Shown: positions 19,568-32,631 of the stretch, one piece after another
Numbering within the stretch: the stretch's first letter is position 1
Layout: every line of letters begins with the position of its first letter
Assembly: GCA_051986485.1 (NCBI GenBank)
Contig: JBPYFL010000084.1
Coordinates: forward strand, 68,498 to 132,497
From: Streptosporangiaceae bacterium
GTDB taxonomy: Bacteria > Actinomycetota > Actinomycetes > Streptosporangiales > Streptosporangiaceae
Direction of reading: 5' to 3'
DNA length: 64,000 nt
Made by a program: the position numbers and the translations under genes
The notes under the pieces: generated by a model
What the model saw: only the letters and a program-made list of their open reading frames with translations
The model's database searches: none
What the model was told of the DNA's origin: nothing

Positions 19568-19668
19568 CGTTCTTCCCCCCTGTGAACTGCGCTTTCTATT
19601 CAACGCTGCGGCAGGGTGAACGGCTGATCAAGGCGGAATTGCTGATCGGAGGCGATTATGATTCCTGA

Positions 19669-20568
19669 TTGATGTGGGGGGACGTCGAGCTACGCGAGCT
19701 GCGGATCTTCCTCGCGCTCGCCGATGAGCTGCACTTCGGCCGGACGGCCGAGCGGCTGGGCATTTCGCAGCCCGGCGTGAGCCAAGCCGTGCGCGTCCTG
19801 GAGTCCCGGCTCGGGGTCAAGCTGTTCGACCGGACCAGCCGCCGGGTCGGGCTCACCGCGGCGGGCGAAGTGCTCCGTCGCGACCTGGTGCCCGCGGTCG
19901 AAATGCTGGAAGCGGCATTGGCCGGTACCAGCGAGCTCGCTGGCACCGTCCGCGGGCTGCTCCGCATCGGCTTCGTCCTGACAACCGAGGGCCCGGCGCT
20001 CAGCCGGCTCGTCGCGGCGTTCCATGCACGCTGCCCCGACTGCGAGGTGCGGCTTCAGGAGGTCGAGACCTTCGATGCCTACCGGGCGCTGCGCCGGGCC
20101 GACATCGACGTCCTGTGCAACTGGCTCGCCGTGGACGAACCGGACCTGACCGCCGGGAGCGCGTTCGCCTACTACCAGCGGGCGGTCGCGGTCGCTCCCA
20201 CACATCGTCTCGCCGCCCGGCGCTCGGTGTCCGTTGAGGACCTGGCTGACGAAGAGGTCGCCCTGCTGCCGCCGTCCACCCCGCCAGCGATCTACGACCT
20301 GCTCATCCCGCCGCGCACGCCCTCGGGACGCCCGATCCGGCGCACCCAGCCGGTACAGACCATTAACGAGATTCTCTCGTTCGTCGCCCGCGGGCAGATC
20401 GTTCACCCGACCAGCTCGGCGGTCCCGATCTTCGACCGCGACGACGTCGTGCTCATCCCGATCGGCGACCTGCCGCCGATACCGCTCGGGCTGGTCTGGT
20501 GCACCGGCCAGGAGAACCCGCGCATCCGCGCCCTCGACGCAGTCGCCCGCTCTCTGACCGCGGCGTGA
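19669..20568 (+). CDS. LysR family transcriptional regulator
   Basis: N-terminal HTH reads LRELRIFLALADELHFGRTAERLGISQPGVSQAVRVLESRLGVKLFDR. A LysR substrate-binding domain follows. Confidence 0.85.
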   Translation: MMWGDVELRELRIFLALADELHFGRTAERLGISQPGVSQAVRVLESRLGVKLFDRTSRRVGLTAAGEVLRRDLVPAVEMLEAALAGTSELAGTVRGLLRIGFVLTTEGPALSRLVAAFHARCPDCEVRLQEVETFDAYRALRRADIDVLCNWLAVDEPDLTAGSAFAYYQRAVAVAPTHRLAARRSVSVEDLADEEVALLPPSTPPAIYDLLIPPRTPSGRPIRRTQPVQTINEILSFVARGQIVHPTSSAVPIFDRDDVVLIPIGDLPPIPLGLVWCTGQENPRIRALDAVARSLTAA

Positions 20569-20668
20569 GGAGCCCCGGCTGGGGTGACACCGGCCCGGTC
20601 CGTCCGGTAGGACATGAAGCGATGGGCAGCGCTTCGACGGGCAGGGCGTTCAAGGACCTGGCGCCCCG

Positions 20669-21565
20669 GTGAAGGTACGGATTGGCGTTGGGCTGGGCGG
20701 CTTCGGCGTCCCCGGCTGCTTTGCCGACGCCGTGGACCTGCTCGAGGACATCGGCGCCGACTCACTGTGGCTGCCCGAGGTGGTCTTCGGCGAGCTGGTG
20801 GAGCCGTTCGCCGGAATGGCGTACGCCCTGGCGCGAACCCGGCGGCTCAAGGTCGGCACCGGGCTGTCCGTGCTGCCGGGCCGAAACCCGGTCCTGGTCG
20901 CCAAGCAACTCGCGTCGCTGGCCGGCCTCGCGCCGGCGCGGGTGCTGCCGGTCTTCGGCCTGCAGCCGGCCAGGCCCGCCGAACGGCCGCTGTTCCCGGT
21001 GCCGGCCGGTCGCCGCGCCGCGGTCTTCGACGAGTCGCTGGAGCTGATGCGGCTGCTGCTACGGCAGGAGACGGTGACCTTCGCGGGGGAGTTCTTCGCC
21101 GTCGACCGGGCCGGCGTCGGGCCGCTTCCCGCAAAGCCGCTCGACATCTGGCTGGGCGGGAGCGCGCCCGGCGGCCTGCGGCGGGCCGGGCGGCTCGCCG
21201 ACGGATGGCTCGGCAGTTTCCTGACTCCCGCGGAGGCGGGCGCGGCCCGGGAGGCGATCCACGCCGCCGCCGCCGCGGCCGGCCGGGAGGTGGAGGACGA
21301 CCACTTCGGGCTCAGCCTGCCCGTCGCGGCCGGGCAGGTTCCCGCCGACCTGGCCGCGGCGGTGCGCCGGCGGCGGCCGGATGCCGACCCGGTCAGCCTG
21401 GTCCCGGTCGGCTGGGACGCCGCCAAGCGAATGATCGGGGAGTACGTCGACGCGGGCCTGTCGAAGTTCGTCATCCGGCCCGCCGGGGTTCCTTCCCGCA
21501 CTGCCGGAGCCCTCCGGGCGTTCCTCGATGATTTCGCCGGCGAGATGATGCCGCTGCAGACCTGA
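20669..21565 (+). CDS. LLM-class (luciferase-like) F420-dependent oxidoreductase
   Basis: The TIM-barrel LLM pattern is present (IGVGLGGFG, DSLWLPE, LDIWLGG). Confidence 0.7.
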   Translation: MKVRIGVGLGGFGVPGCFADAVDLLEDIGADSLWLPEVVFGELVEPFAGMAYALARTRRLKVGTGLSVLPGRNPVLVAKQLASLAGLAPARVLPVFGLQPARPAERPLFPVPAGRRAAVFDESLELMRLLLRQETVTFAGEFFAVDRAGVGPLPAKPLDIWLGGSAPGGLRRAGRLADGWLGSFLTPAEAGAAREAIHAAAAAAGREVEDDHFGLSLPVAAGQVPADLAAAVRRRRPDADPVSLVPVGWDAAKRMIGEYVDAGLSKFVIRPAGVPSRTAGALRAFLDDFAGEMMPLQT

Positions 21566-21583
21566 GGTCTGCGATCGTCACGG

Positions 21584-22366
21584 TCAGCGCGGTCGCCGGC
21601 CGAGAAACGCCACCAGTCGGTCACCGGGGCTCGCGTGCGCGGCGACCGGCACCGGCTGAGCGAAGCGCCCCGGCCGGTCGGCATCGGCGACGATAAACGG
21701 GACGAGCCCGAGCATATCGGCGGCCAGCTCGTCCGGGATGGGGCGGTCCCGGCCGCAGGCCCGCCCCACGTCCCAGCCGTGCACGGCGATTTCGACGGCC
21801 CCCGCACCCGCCACCAATTCGGCCGGCGCCGGGAGACCGCCCACCGAGACCACGTCGTACCCCGCGCTGGCCCACGCCGGGCCTGCTCCACCCGCGATGC
21901 CGGCCGGCGAACCGGCTGTCGCCGCGTCCCATGTCGCGCTCGTTCCGCCCGGGCCGCCGGCCGCGCGGGTCCCGGCCAGCACCCACCCCCCGAGCATCCG
22001 GGAGGCGCGGGCACGCAGCGCCCCGACCAGGTCCGCCGCCGGGTCGGCACCCGGGGCCGCCGGGTCGGCCGCTTCGTCGGCTCCGCCGGCCGCACTGCTG
22101 CCGCCCCGGCCGGCCCCGGCGCCTGCCCGGCCCGCCAGCCGGGCGGAGCCGAGCGCGACATGCCCGAGGTCGGCCGCCTCCTGGAGCGCGGCCAGCGAGT
22201 CGTCCATGTGCTCCAGCAGCGCCCGGAGGTCCCACCGGCCACACGGCGTCGGCCAGGCCAGCACGTCGGAGGTCACCGCACGCAGGTTGCCGAGCGTGTA
22301 ACCGATGGCGCGTTCCAGTAGAGCGACCTCCCCGGTCAGCGCCTCGGCGGCCCGGGAGTCGTTCAT
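21584..22366 (-). CDS. TIGR03086 family protein (mycothiol-dependent maleylpyruvate isomerase N-terminal-like domain)
   Basis: The N-terminus reads ...LAWPTPCGRWDLRALLEHM.... The start overlaps the upstream sigma gene stop by 4 bp. Confidence 0.55.
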   Translation of the reverse strand: MNDSRAAEALTGEVALLERAIGYTLGNLRAVTSDVLAWPTPCGRWDLRALLEHMDDSLAALQEAADLGHVALGSARLAGRAGAGAGRGGSSAAGGADEAADPAAPGADPAADLVGALRARASRMLGGWVLAGTRAAGGPGGTSATWDAATAGSPAGIAGGAGPAWASAGYDVVSVGGLPAPAELVAGAGAVEIAVHGWDVGRACGRDRPIPDELAADMLGLVPFIVADADRPGRFAQPVPVAAHASPGDRLVAFLGRRPR

Positions 22367-23376
22367 GAGGCCGGCAATGTCTCGGGAAGACCGAACTTCG
22401 GGAACAGCGAGGTATCGAAGAAGGACGTCACGTGGTCGATGACCGGCCCGCGAAACTGGAGGACGTGCAGCTGGAACGCGCGGTGGCCGGAGCCGGGCTC
22501 CCCGGGCCAGTACCGATCGTGGCGCATGTACAGGCCGAAGGCGGGCTGCCCGTTCGCGGCCGTCGGCACCAGCCGCATGTCACCGGGTTCCTTTGCCGGG
22601 CACTGGGTGGATACCAGGTACGCGATGTCCTCCGGCGACTGCCACCAGCCGGTGTAGGGGGGCATTTCCCAGATCGCGTCTTTGGTGAACAGCTCCAGCA
22701 GCGCCGTGGTGTCGTAGGACTCGAAGGCGGAGACGTAGCGATCGAGCAATTCCCGCTGCTGCGCGGTGACCGGGCGCGGGACCGTGTCCTCGGTCGGCGC
22801 CGCTTCGCTGATCTGCGCGCGGGCGCGCTGCAGCATGCTGTTGACCGCGGCGGTGGTGGTGCCGAGCATTTCGGCGACCTCGGCGGCCCGCCAGTTCAGC
22901 ACCTCGCGAAGGATCAGCACGGCGCGCTGGCGCGGCGGAAGGTGCTGCAGCGCGGCGATGAAGGCGAGCCGGATGCTCTCCCGCGACGTGACCACCGCGG
23001 CCGGATCGGATCCGGTGCCCACGAGCGCGTCGGGGACCGGTTCGAGCCACGGGACCTCGGTGTTCTGCGCCAGTTCCCCGGCCGGCTCGGACTTCGGGGC
23101 GCCGAGGCCGGTGGGCAGCGGGCGGCGGTTCCGGCTCTCCAGCGCGGTCAGGCAGGCACTGGTGGCGATCCGGTACAGCCAGGTGCGCAGCGACGAGCGT
23201 CCCTCGAACCGGTCATAGGCGCGCCACGCACGAAGGTAGGTCTCCTGCACGAGGTCTTCGGCCTCGTGCACCGATCCGAGCATCCGGTAGCAGTGCGCAA
23301 GCAGTTCGCGCCGGTAGCGCTCGGCCTGGGGCATGAACTCGTCAGTGGTTATGCGGCCGGTTTCCGTCATCGTCAC
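22363..23376 (-). CDS. RNA polymerase ECF sigma factor with C-terminal SnoaL-like extension (ECF41-like)
   Basis: Region 2 (EAEDLVQETYLRAWRAYDRF) and region 4 (LILREVLNWRAAEVAEMLGTTTAAVNSMLQRAR) are present. A ~150-aa C-terminal extension contains YVSAFESYD. Confidence 0.75.
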   Translation of the reverse strand: MTMTETGRITTDEFMPQAERYRRELLAHCYRMLGSVHEAEDLVQETYLRAWRAYDRFEGRSSLRTWLYRIATSACLTALESRNRRPLPTGLGAPKSEPAGELAQNTEVPWLEPVPDALVGTGSDPAAVVTSRESIRLAFIAALQHLPPRQRAVLILREVLNWRAAEVAEMLGTTTAAVNSMLQRARAQISEAAPTEDTVPRPVTAQQRELLDRYVSAFESYDTTALLELFTKDAIWEMPPYTGWWQSPEDIAYLVSTQCPAKEPGDMRLVPTAANGQPAFGLYMRHDRYWPGEPGSGHRAFQLHVLQFRGPVIDHVTSFFDTSLFPKFGLPETLPAS

Positions 23377-23554
23377 GACCTTTCCCGCCTTCCGTCTCCG
23401 CCTCGCCGGACTCGCGGGGTCCTTAACTGGTGCAGACCAGGCGGAGGCCGGGAACTCATCGGTTCAGCGGCGATGAGTTTCCGGTGGTCAACCCCGTCTG
23501 TACAGCTGACCACGCCGCAGCGGCGGACGGAAGACCCGCAGTTAGGATGCGACC

Positions 23555-24001
23555 GTGGCTGATCTCAGCGACTTCACCCGGCTCGCATCGTCCGACCACG
23601 GCTTGTGCGTCGTGTCCACGCTGCGCGCGGACGGCACGATCCAGGCGTCGGTGGTGAACGCCGGGGTGCTCAATCACCCGCTGTCCGGCGTCCCGGTGGT
23701 GGCAGCGGTGTTCGTCGGCGGCAGCCGCAAGCTCGCCAACCTGCGCGCCCGGCCGCAGGTCACCGTCGTTGCGCGTTCCGGCTGGCAATGGGTCGCCGTC
23801 GAAGGCCAAGCCGAACTGGCAGGCCCCGACGACCTGCTCCCTGGGATCGACGCCGAACGGCTGCGCCTCCTACGCCGTGAGATCTTCACCGCCGCCGGCG
23901 GCACCCACGACAACTGGGACGAATACGACCGCGTAATGACCGCCGAACGCCGCACCCCCGCCCTAATAACCCCCACCCGCATCTACTCCCCAGCCGGCTA
24001 G
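23555..24001 (+). CDS. PPOX-class F420-dependent / pyridoxamine 5'-phosphate oxidase-like protein
   Basis: 148 aa with a GTG start. It shows a split-barrel FMN-binding-like pattern (TIQASVVNAGV...RKLANLRARPQVTV). Confidence 0.55.
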   Translation: MADLSDFTRLASSDHGLCVVSTLRADGTIQASVVNAGVLNHPLSGVPVVAAVFVGGSRKLANLRARPQVTVVARSGWQWVAVEGQAELAGPDDLLPGIDAERLRLLRREIFTAAGGTHDNWDEYDRVMTAERRTPALITPTRIYSPAG

Positions 24002-24226
24002 AGCGCCCTCGCCAACCGGCTGTTGGCCCAAGGCGGCCAAACGCATCCGCCGTTTGCGCCCGTGCTTCAACACCCGGCGTCGCACATCCCCCAAGCTTTT
24101 GCAGCAGCGCCCCACCGTCCGTGCGCATCCACGGTCCTTGGGCGCGCAGCCCCCCGGGCGTTGGGCAAGCCGCCAAAGCCGTTTTTCCCTTTGTGCAAAT
24201 TTTCCCAGTGTGCAAGAATCCTGCGC

Positions 24227-27540
<3,314 letters not shown>

Positions 27541-27966
27541 CAGAAGCGGACGTCCCGCCGTCCTAGCTCCTGGCTCTGCCCCGGTTCCGCCGGCGGCTCA
27601 AGCCCGGTGACAGCACGCTCGCCGGGTTTGACGGCCTGGCTGCCCGCCGTCCACGGGCTTGCTCTGCCGGCCGGTCCGGCCATCCTCGCGCGGTACGTGC
27701 GGGCACCAAACTGACGGCCGCTTTCCGGCCGGCTACGTAACCCGCCCTGGCCCGGCGCGTCCCTCGATGCGGCGCGCCGGGCCGGTGCGCGATCCGGCGC
27801 AATGGGCGCCGCGCGTGCTCCGGGCGGAGCCGTCAGGCCGCACCATCGAATGTGACGTGGGTCACACGAAAAAAGCCGCAGATCCATGCAACCCGGAACC
27901 CCGTGGGGAGCGTATGTCCCGCAAATAACTCGATACCCGTAACGGATCCGAAAGGAAGCCAGCTAT

Positions 27967-28737
27967 ATGCGTGGTACACGCTCACCGGGCTACCTCGCCG
28001 CGTCCGCCGTGGTCGGCGTTGCGGCGCTGACGGCTCTGGCGGGGTGCAAGCCCAGCTCGTCGGCGGCTGCGGACCATGCCCACCAGGCGGTCGGCAAGGC
28101 GACGTCCGCCGCCATCGCAGCCGGGCAGTCGCACAGCGGCCAGATCAAGCAGGTCGGGCCGGAGAAGCCGGGTGTGAATGGCGCTCCGTCCACGGGCAGC
28201 CTGCCGGCGAACGCACCCGGTCTGAGCACCTGCAACCCGAATGAGCTTGCCAAGTCGTTTGTGGTCCAGGGTGGCGACCCGGGTGGCCTGCCGACGAACA
28301 ACGGCATGGGCATGATCGTCATCACCAACCGCTCGCAGCAGCCGTGCGTGCTGCAGGGCTACGCCGGTCTCGGGATGGTCGCGGCCAACGGTCAGCACCT
28401 CGGCCTGCAGGACGCCAACCTCTCCACCGCTGGCGGTCCGGCCAAGGTCGACCTCGCTTCCGGCGGCAGCGCGTTCCAGGGCGCGGACTTCGCGACCCTC
28501 GCCGCCTGCCCGGCCGTGGCAGACGCCGAGATCACGCCGCCTGCGGAGAAGACGCCGTCTCAGGTGCCGGTGCACTTCGGCGACAGCGGTTCCCAGGGCA
28601 CGAACGGGCCGCTGCGCGTGTGCCCGGGCGCGGTCAACATGGGCCCGATGTCGGCCAGCCAGGCCAAGGCCGAGGCTGCGGCCGCGCAGCACGCCGTCCA
28701 GGCGAAGGTTCCGACGAACACCAACCTGGTGCCGTGA
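27967..28737 (+). CDS. DUF4232 domain lipoprotein
   Basis: Signal peptide with a lipobox (LTALAGC). A Cys-containing DUF4232-like core is present (LSTCNPNELAKSFVV...ITNRSQQPCVLQGYAG). An AAAGGAAG RBS precedes the start. Confidence 0.65.
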   Translation: MRGTRSPGYLAASAVVGVAALTALAGCKPSSSAAADHAHQAVGKATSAAIAAGQSHSGQIKQVGPEKPGVNGAPSTGSLPANAPGLSTCNPNELAKSFVVQGGDPGGLPTNNGMGMIVITNRSQQPCVLQGYAGLGMVAANGQHLGLQDANLSTAGGPAKVDLASGGSAFQGADFATLAACPAVADAEITPPAEKTPSQVPVHFGDSGSQGTNGPLRVCPGAVNMGPMSASQAKAEAAAAQHAVQAKVPTNTNLVP

Positions 28738-28919
28738 CCGCACCACAATGAGCGCCCTGGTCGGCACTGTGATCCTCGTGTCGCACCCCGCGAGTGCTAC
28801 AGGCGCCGACCGGGCTCAGGCTGTGGGAGGCACCCTTCCCGTTAGGGTGTCTCCCACAGCTATCTCCAGCCCCCGGATCCCCGGGACGCTATTCCCGAAT
28901 CCATCCGAATCGAAGAGGG

Positions 28920-29429
28920 GTGCGGCCACCCTTGGCTCCAGAGGAGTTCGACGACCTCTACGCCCGGAGCTTCCACCGGCTCGTCGGCCAGATCTATGCC
29001 ATGACAGGCAACATGGCCGATGCGCAGGACGTGGTGCAGGAGGCGTTCATGCGAGCCTGGGACAAAAGGAGCCAACTGACCTTAACCCAGTCACCGGAGG
29101 CCTGGGTCCGGACGGTTGCTGGGAGGCTGGCGGTCAGCCGTTGGCGGCGGGCGCGCAGCGGCCTCAAGGCGGTCTTCCGGCACGGAACTCCGGAAGCGGT
29201 GGCGAGCCCCGGCCCGGACCACGCCGCGCTGGTCGCCGCACTGCGAAAGATTCCTGAGATGCAGCGCCGCGCCATTGTGCTGCATTACCTGTGCGACCTT
29301 CCGGTCGCCGAAGTAGCGGAGGAGACCGGGGTGCCGGAGGGGACGGTGAAGGCTCGCTTGGCCCGCGGCCGAGCGGCTCTCGCCCGTTATCTCTCTGATG
29401 ACATGCTGGAGGAAGCCGCGAATGCGTGA
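28920..29429 (+). CDS. ECF sigma-70 factor
   Basis: Region 2 (FDDLYARSFHRLVGQIYAMTGNMADAQDVVQEAFMRAW) and region 4 (IVLHYLCDLPVAEVAEETGVPEGTVKARLARGRAAL) are present. A GTG start at 28920 is inferred, since region 2 begins ~10 aa later. The ORF track extends back to 28794. Confidence 0.7.
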   Translation: MRPPLAPEEFDDLYARSFHRLVGQIYAMTGNMADAQDVVQEAFMRAWDKRSQLTLTQSPEAWVRTVAGRLAVSRWRRARSGLKAVFRHGTPEAVASPGPDHAALVAALRKIPEMQRRAIVLHYLCDLPVAEVAEETGVPEGTVKARLARGRAALARYLSDDMLEEAANA

Positions 29430-30195
29430 CTGGGAGGGGAAGTTCGAGGCCGCTCTGCGCAGCCTCGCTGAGTCCGCGCGCGATCAAGCTGTGCCGTCGT
29501 CGGGCTCTGACATACGCCGGCGTGCCGAGACGCGCCGCCGCAAGCGGGCGTTCGTGCTGCCGAGCGCGTTGCTCACGTTCACACTGGCCGGGGGGACCGC
29601 ATTCGGCCTGACGGCCGCGTTCGGCCACTCGTCCCCGCACGCGGGGACGCCGCGGCCCACCGCATCGTCGCCGCAGGCGATCGCGTCGGGCCACGCCGGG
29701 CCCGCCACACTGGCGCCGGGGCCGGGTTCCCGGCAACCGGGCCCGGCAGCAGCCGGCGCCGGACCGGCTGGCAGCGGGAACGGCAGGCCCGCGCTGCAGC
29801 CGCTATGCCAGCTCACCAAGGTCTACCCCTACATGGCGTACGTGCAGGCGGTCAGCCTGCAGCCGTCGGGTGGCGTCCTGGACATCATCACCGCGGCCTG
29901 CACGCCGGACCCACAGCACCCCGGCAGCGGGAAGCTGGTGCCCTCCGGCCCGGTCCGGCAGGTGCCGCTCGCCCCGGGGGCCACCGCCCTGGTGACCGCG
30001 CCGATCGGCCAGGGCACCAAGCCCTCGCCCATCAGCCTCACCCAGTTCGGCTTCGGCGTGCAGCAGCATCCCGGTGCGCTGTTCGGCATCGCCTTCGGCG
30101 GCGGCCAGGCCACCCGGATCACCGAGGTCTACATCCACGGGGCCAGCCCGTCGTCGCCGTCAGCCGGCCCGCCGAGCCTCCCCGCCGGGTTCTGA
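29422..30195 (+). CDS. Putative membrane-anchored anti-sigma factor
   Basis: The ATG overlaps the sigma gene stop (ATGCGTGA). A short cytoplasmic N-terminus is followed by a single TM (AFVLPSALLTFTLAGGTAFGL) and a Pro/Ala-rich linker leading to an extracytoplasmic domain. The call rests on context. Confidence 0.5.
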   Translation: MRDWEGKFEAALRSLAESARDQAVPSSGSDIRRRAETRRRKRAFVLPSALLTFTLAGGTAFGLTAAFGHSSPHAGTPRPTASSPQAIASGHAGPATLAPGPGSRQPGPAAAGAGPAGSGNGRPALQPLCQLTKVYPYMAYVQAVSLQPSGGVLDIITAACTPDPQHPGSGKLVPSGPVRQVPLAPGATALVTAPIGQGTKPSPISLTQFGFGVQQHPGALFGIAFGGGQATRITEVYIHGASPSSPSAGPPSLPAGF

Positions 30196-30310
30196 TCCGT
30201 CGCCGCCTGGGGCCAGCCTCGGGCGGCCGGTAGCACGGCGCCGTCGCTCGGCTGCGGCGCCCGCCTGGCTCGCTGACGCGGCGACCCGTCAGCCACAGTA
30301 GGGTTCTTGA

Positions 30311-30994
30311 ATGCCGCCAGTCAGCGCTGTCTTCCTGGACGTGGGCGGGGTGCTCCTGCTGCCCTCGCCTGAGGTGATGTTGCCACCGATGCGGGCCGCG
30401 GGGATCGACCCCGCGGTGGCGGATCTGGAACGTGCCCACTACCACGCGACGGCCGCAGTCGAAGCGGTGCCGGAAGCGCAGCGGTGGCGGCGCTACCTGA
30501 CCGCGTACGCGAGCGCGTGCGGGATCCCGGCAGACCGGGCCGCCGCCGTTGCCGCGGACCTCGACCGGGCCGTACAGGGGTTCACCTGGCGGCACATCAT
30601 TCCGGGGTGCACCGGCGCGCTGCGTGAGATCGCCGCGCTCGGCGCGCCAGTCGCGATCGTCTCCAATTCCACCGGCACGGTCGAGCAGGAACTCGCCGCG
30701 CTCGGCATCTGCCAGACCGGGCCCGGTGACGGAACCGAGGTCGCGGTCGTCATCGACTCGGCGGTGGTCGGAGTGGAAAAGCCCGACCCGCGCATCTTCC
30801 ACCTGGTTCTGGACAAGCTCGGCATCGAGGCGGACGGCGTGGTGCATGTCGGGGACACGGTGCGGTTCGACGTGGACGGCGCCCGCGCGGCGGGTATCCG
30901 GCCGGTTCACCTCGACCCTCACGGGGACTGCCCGGTCCCGGACGGCCACGACCACATCCGCGGACTGTCCGACCTGCCCGCCCTGATCGGCTAG
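30311..30994 (+). CDS. HAD-IA family hydrolase
   Basis: HAD motif I is FLDVGGVLL. Motifs III/IV are present (VGDTVRFDVDGARAAG). Confidence 0.75.
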   Translation: MPPVSAVFLDVGGVLLLPSPEVMLPPMRAAGIDPAVADLERAHYHATAAVEAVPEAQRWRRYLTAYASACGIPADRAAAVAADLDRAVQGFTWRHIIPGCTGALREIAALGAPVAIVSNSTGTVEQELAALGICQTGPGDGTEVAVVIDSAVVGVEKPDPRIFHLVLDKLGIEADGVVHVGDTVRFDVDGARAAGIRPVHLDPHGDCPVPDGHDHIRGLSDLPALIG

Positions 30995-31088
30995 CGCGGG
31001 GCCGGCTCTCGGTCTGCTCGCTCGATCACCGGTGGGTTACGGGCGTTCCGGCAGAAGGTCCTGCGGTGATTAGATAGAGCGCGCAAGG

Positions 31089-31358
31089 GTGCTGGTCGGG
31101 AGGAATGGGGCACCGGTGAGCGGGGATGTGTCCTGCATCGGGTGCGAGGGCGTCATCACCGTGGGCACCCGCGGGGAGGCGGGGCCGGGGGAGGTCCTGG
31201 TCAAGATCCGGGGCGGGTCGGAAACGTTCATCGCCTGGTCGGAATCGCCGCTGCCGAAAGGCACTACCGTACTGGTCATAGAGTCTCGTGGCACCCGGAC
31301 CGTCGACGTCATGGAGTGGACCGGCCCACTGGGCGCTAACGGCAATGGTGCCGTTTAG
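31089..31358 (+). CDS. NfeD-like OB-fold protein (short form, flotillin partner)
   Basis: 89 aa in a beta-rich pattern (GEVLVKIRGGSETFIAWSE...GTTVLVIESRGTRTV). It sits immediately upstream of the flotillin gene. The start may be a non-ATG codon slightly upstream. Confidence 0.5.
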   Translation: MLVGRNGAPVSGDVSCIGCEGVITVGTRGEAGPGEVLVKIRGGSETFIAWSESPLPKGTTVLVIESRGTRTVDVMEWTGPLGANGNGAV

Positions 31359-31378
31359 CAAAGCGCAGGAGATGAGCG

Positions 31379-32623
31379 ATGTTCGGTTACCGGGTTCCCC
31401 GGCCAGACGAGGCCATGCTGATTTCCGGAGGCCAGCGCCGGAACGGGGCGCCGTTCAAGGTCGTCACCGGTCATGGTTCCTTCGTTTTTCCGCTGCTCCG
31501 CAGGGCCAGCTTCCTCACCCTGGCGATGTGCGAGTCCGAGGTCCAGGAAACGTGCGTCACCAAGCAGGGGATCGGGCTGAACGTCCGGTCGGTCATCGCG
31601 TTCAAGGTGGGCAACGACAGCGAGAGCATCGTCAACGCCGCGCAGCGGTTCCTGTCCGATCAGGACGAGATGTCGGTGCTGACCGGAAGGATCTTCGCCG
31701 GCCACCTGCGCTCCATCATCGGGTCGATGACGGTCGAAGAGATCGTGACAGAACGGCAGAAGCTGGCGACCGAGGTCCTGGACGGCTCGAAGGCCGAGAT
31801 GGCCAAAATCGGCCTCATCGTCGACTCGCTGCAGATCCAGTCCATCGACGACATGGGCACCGGCTACATCGACGCGATGGCCGCACCGCACGTCGCGGCC
31901 ATCCAGCGGCAGGCGAAGATCGCCCAGGCGCAGGCCAACCAGGCGTCCGCCGAGGCCGAGCAGGAAGCACAGCGCAAGCAGGCCGAATACCAGCGCGAGA
32001 CGTCGGTCGTCCAGGCGAAGTACAAGGCCGAGGTGGACCGTGCCCAGGCCGAGGCCGCGCAGGCCGGGCCGCTGACGCAGGCGCGCTCGCGGCGTGACGT
32101 CATCGCCGCCGAGACCGAACTCGCTCAGCGCGAGGCCGAACTGCGCCAGCAGCAACTGGTTTCCGAAGTGGTGAAACCGGCCGACGCCGACGCCGAGCGG
32201 GTGCGCATCCTCGCCAAGGCCGAGGCGGAGCGGACCACGATGCAGGCCGAGGCCGCCGCATCGCACAACCGGGTCGCGCTCGACCGGATGCTGATCGACC
32301 AGCTGCCGCAGATCGTCAAGGAGGCGGCGAACGGCCTCGCCGGCGCCAACATCAACCTGCTGAACGGCGCCGATGGCCTCAGCGACATCGCCGCCGGCCT
32401 CGTCGGCCAGGGCCTCACCATCTTCGAGGCGGTCAAGAAGAACATCTCGGCTTCGCCGGACAAGGGCTCGGGAGCGGGCCCGGACAACGCGGCGGAAACG
32501 GCGCTGGAAAGGGCGCCCGGCACCGGGCAGCAGGCAAAGGCCCGGACCGCCGGCGAGCCCGAGGATGGCCGGGAGCGGCCACCTGGCCAGGAGCAGCAGC
32601 AAGACGGCCGGCCCCGGGCGTAG
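31379..32623 (+). CDS. Flotillin-like SPFH/band-7 protein
   Basis: An SPFH domain is followed by a long Ala/Glu/Gln-rich coiled-coil (AQAQANQASAEAEQEAQRKQAEYQ...) and a flotillin C-terminus. Confidence 0.8.
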   Translation: MFGYRVPRPDEAMLISGGQRRNGAPFKVVTGHGSFVFPLLRRASFLTLAMCESEVQETCVTKQGIGLNVRSVIAFKVGNDSESIVNAAQRFLSDQDEMSVLTGRIFAGHLRSIIGSMTVEEIVTERQKLATEVLDGSKAEMAKIGLIVDSLQIQSIDDMGTGYIDAMAAPHVAAIQRQAKIAQAQANQASAEAEQEAQRKQAEYQRETSVVQAKYKAEVDRAQAEAAQAGPLTQARSRRDVIAAETELAQREAELRQQQLVSEVVKPADADAERVRILAKAEAERTTMQAEAAASHNRVALDRMLIDQLPQIVKEAANGLAGANINLLNGADGLSDIAAGLVGQGLTIFEAVKKNISASPDKGSGAGPDNAAETALERAPGTGQQAKARTAGEPEDGRERPPGQEQQQDGRPRA

Positions 32624-32631
32624 CCGCGGTT

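Noticed and set aside
28794-28919. Longer N-terminus (MLQAPTGLRLW...) for the ECF sigma factor
   Set aside because: Sigma region 2 begins ~10 aa after the in-frame GTG at 28920. The upstream 42 codons add a Pro-rich segment with no counterpart in ECF sigmas. This remains possible but is less likely.
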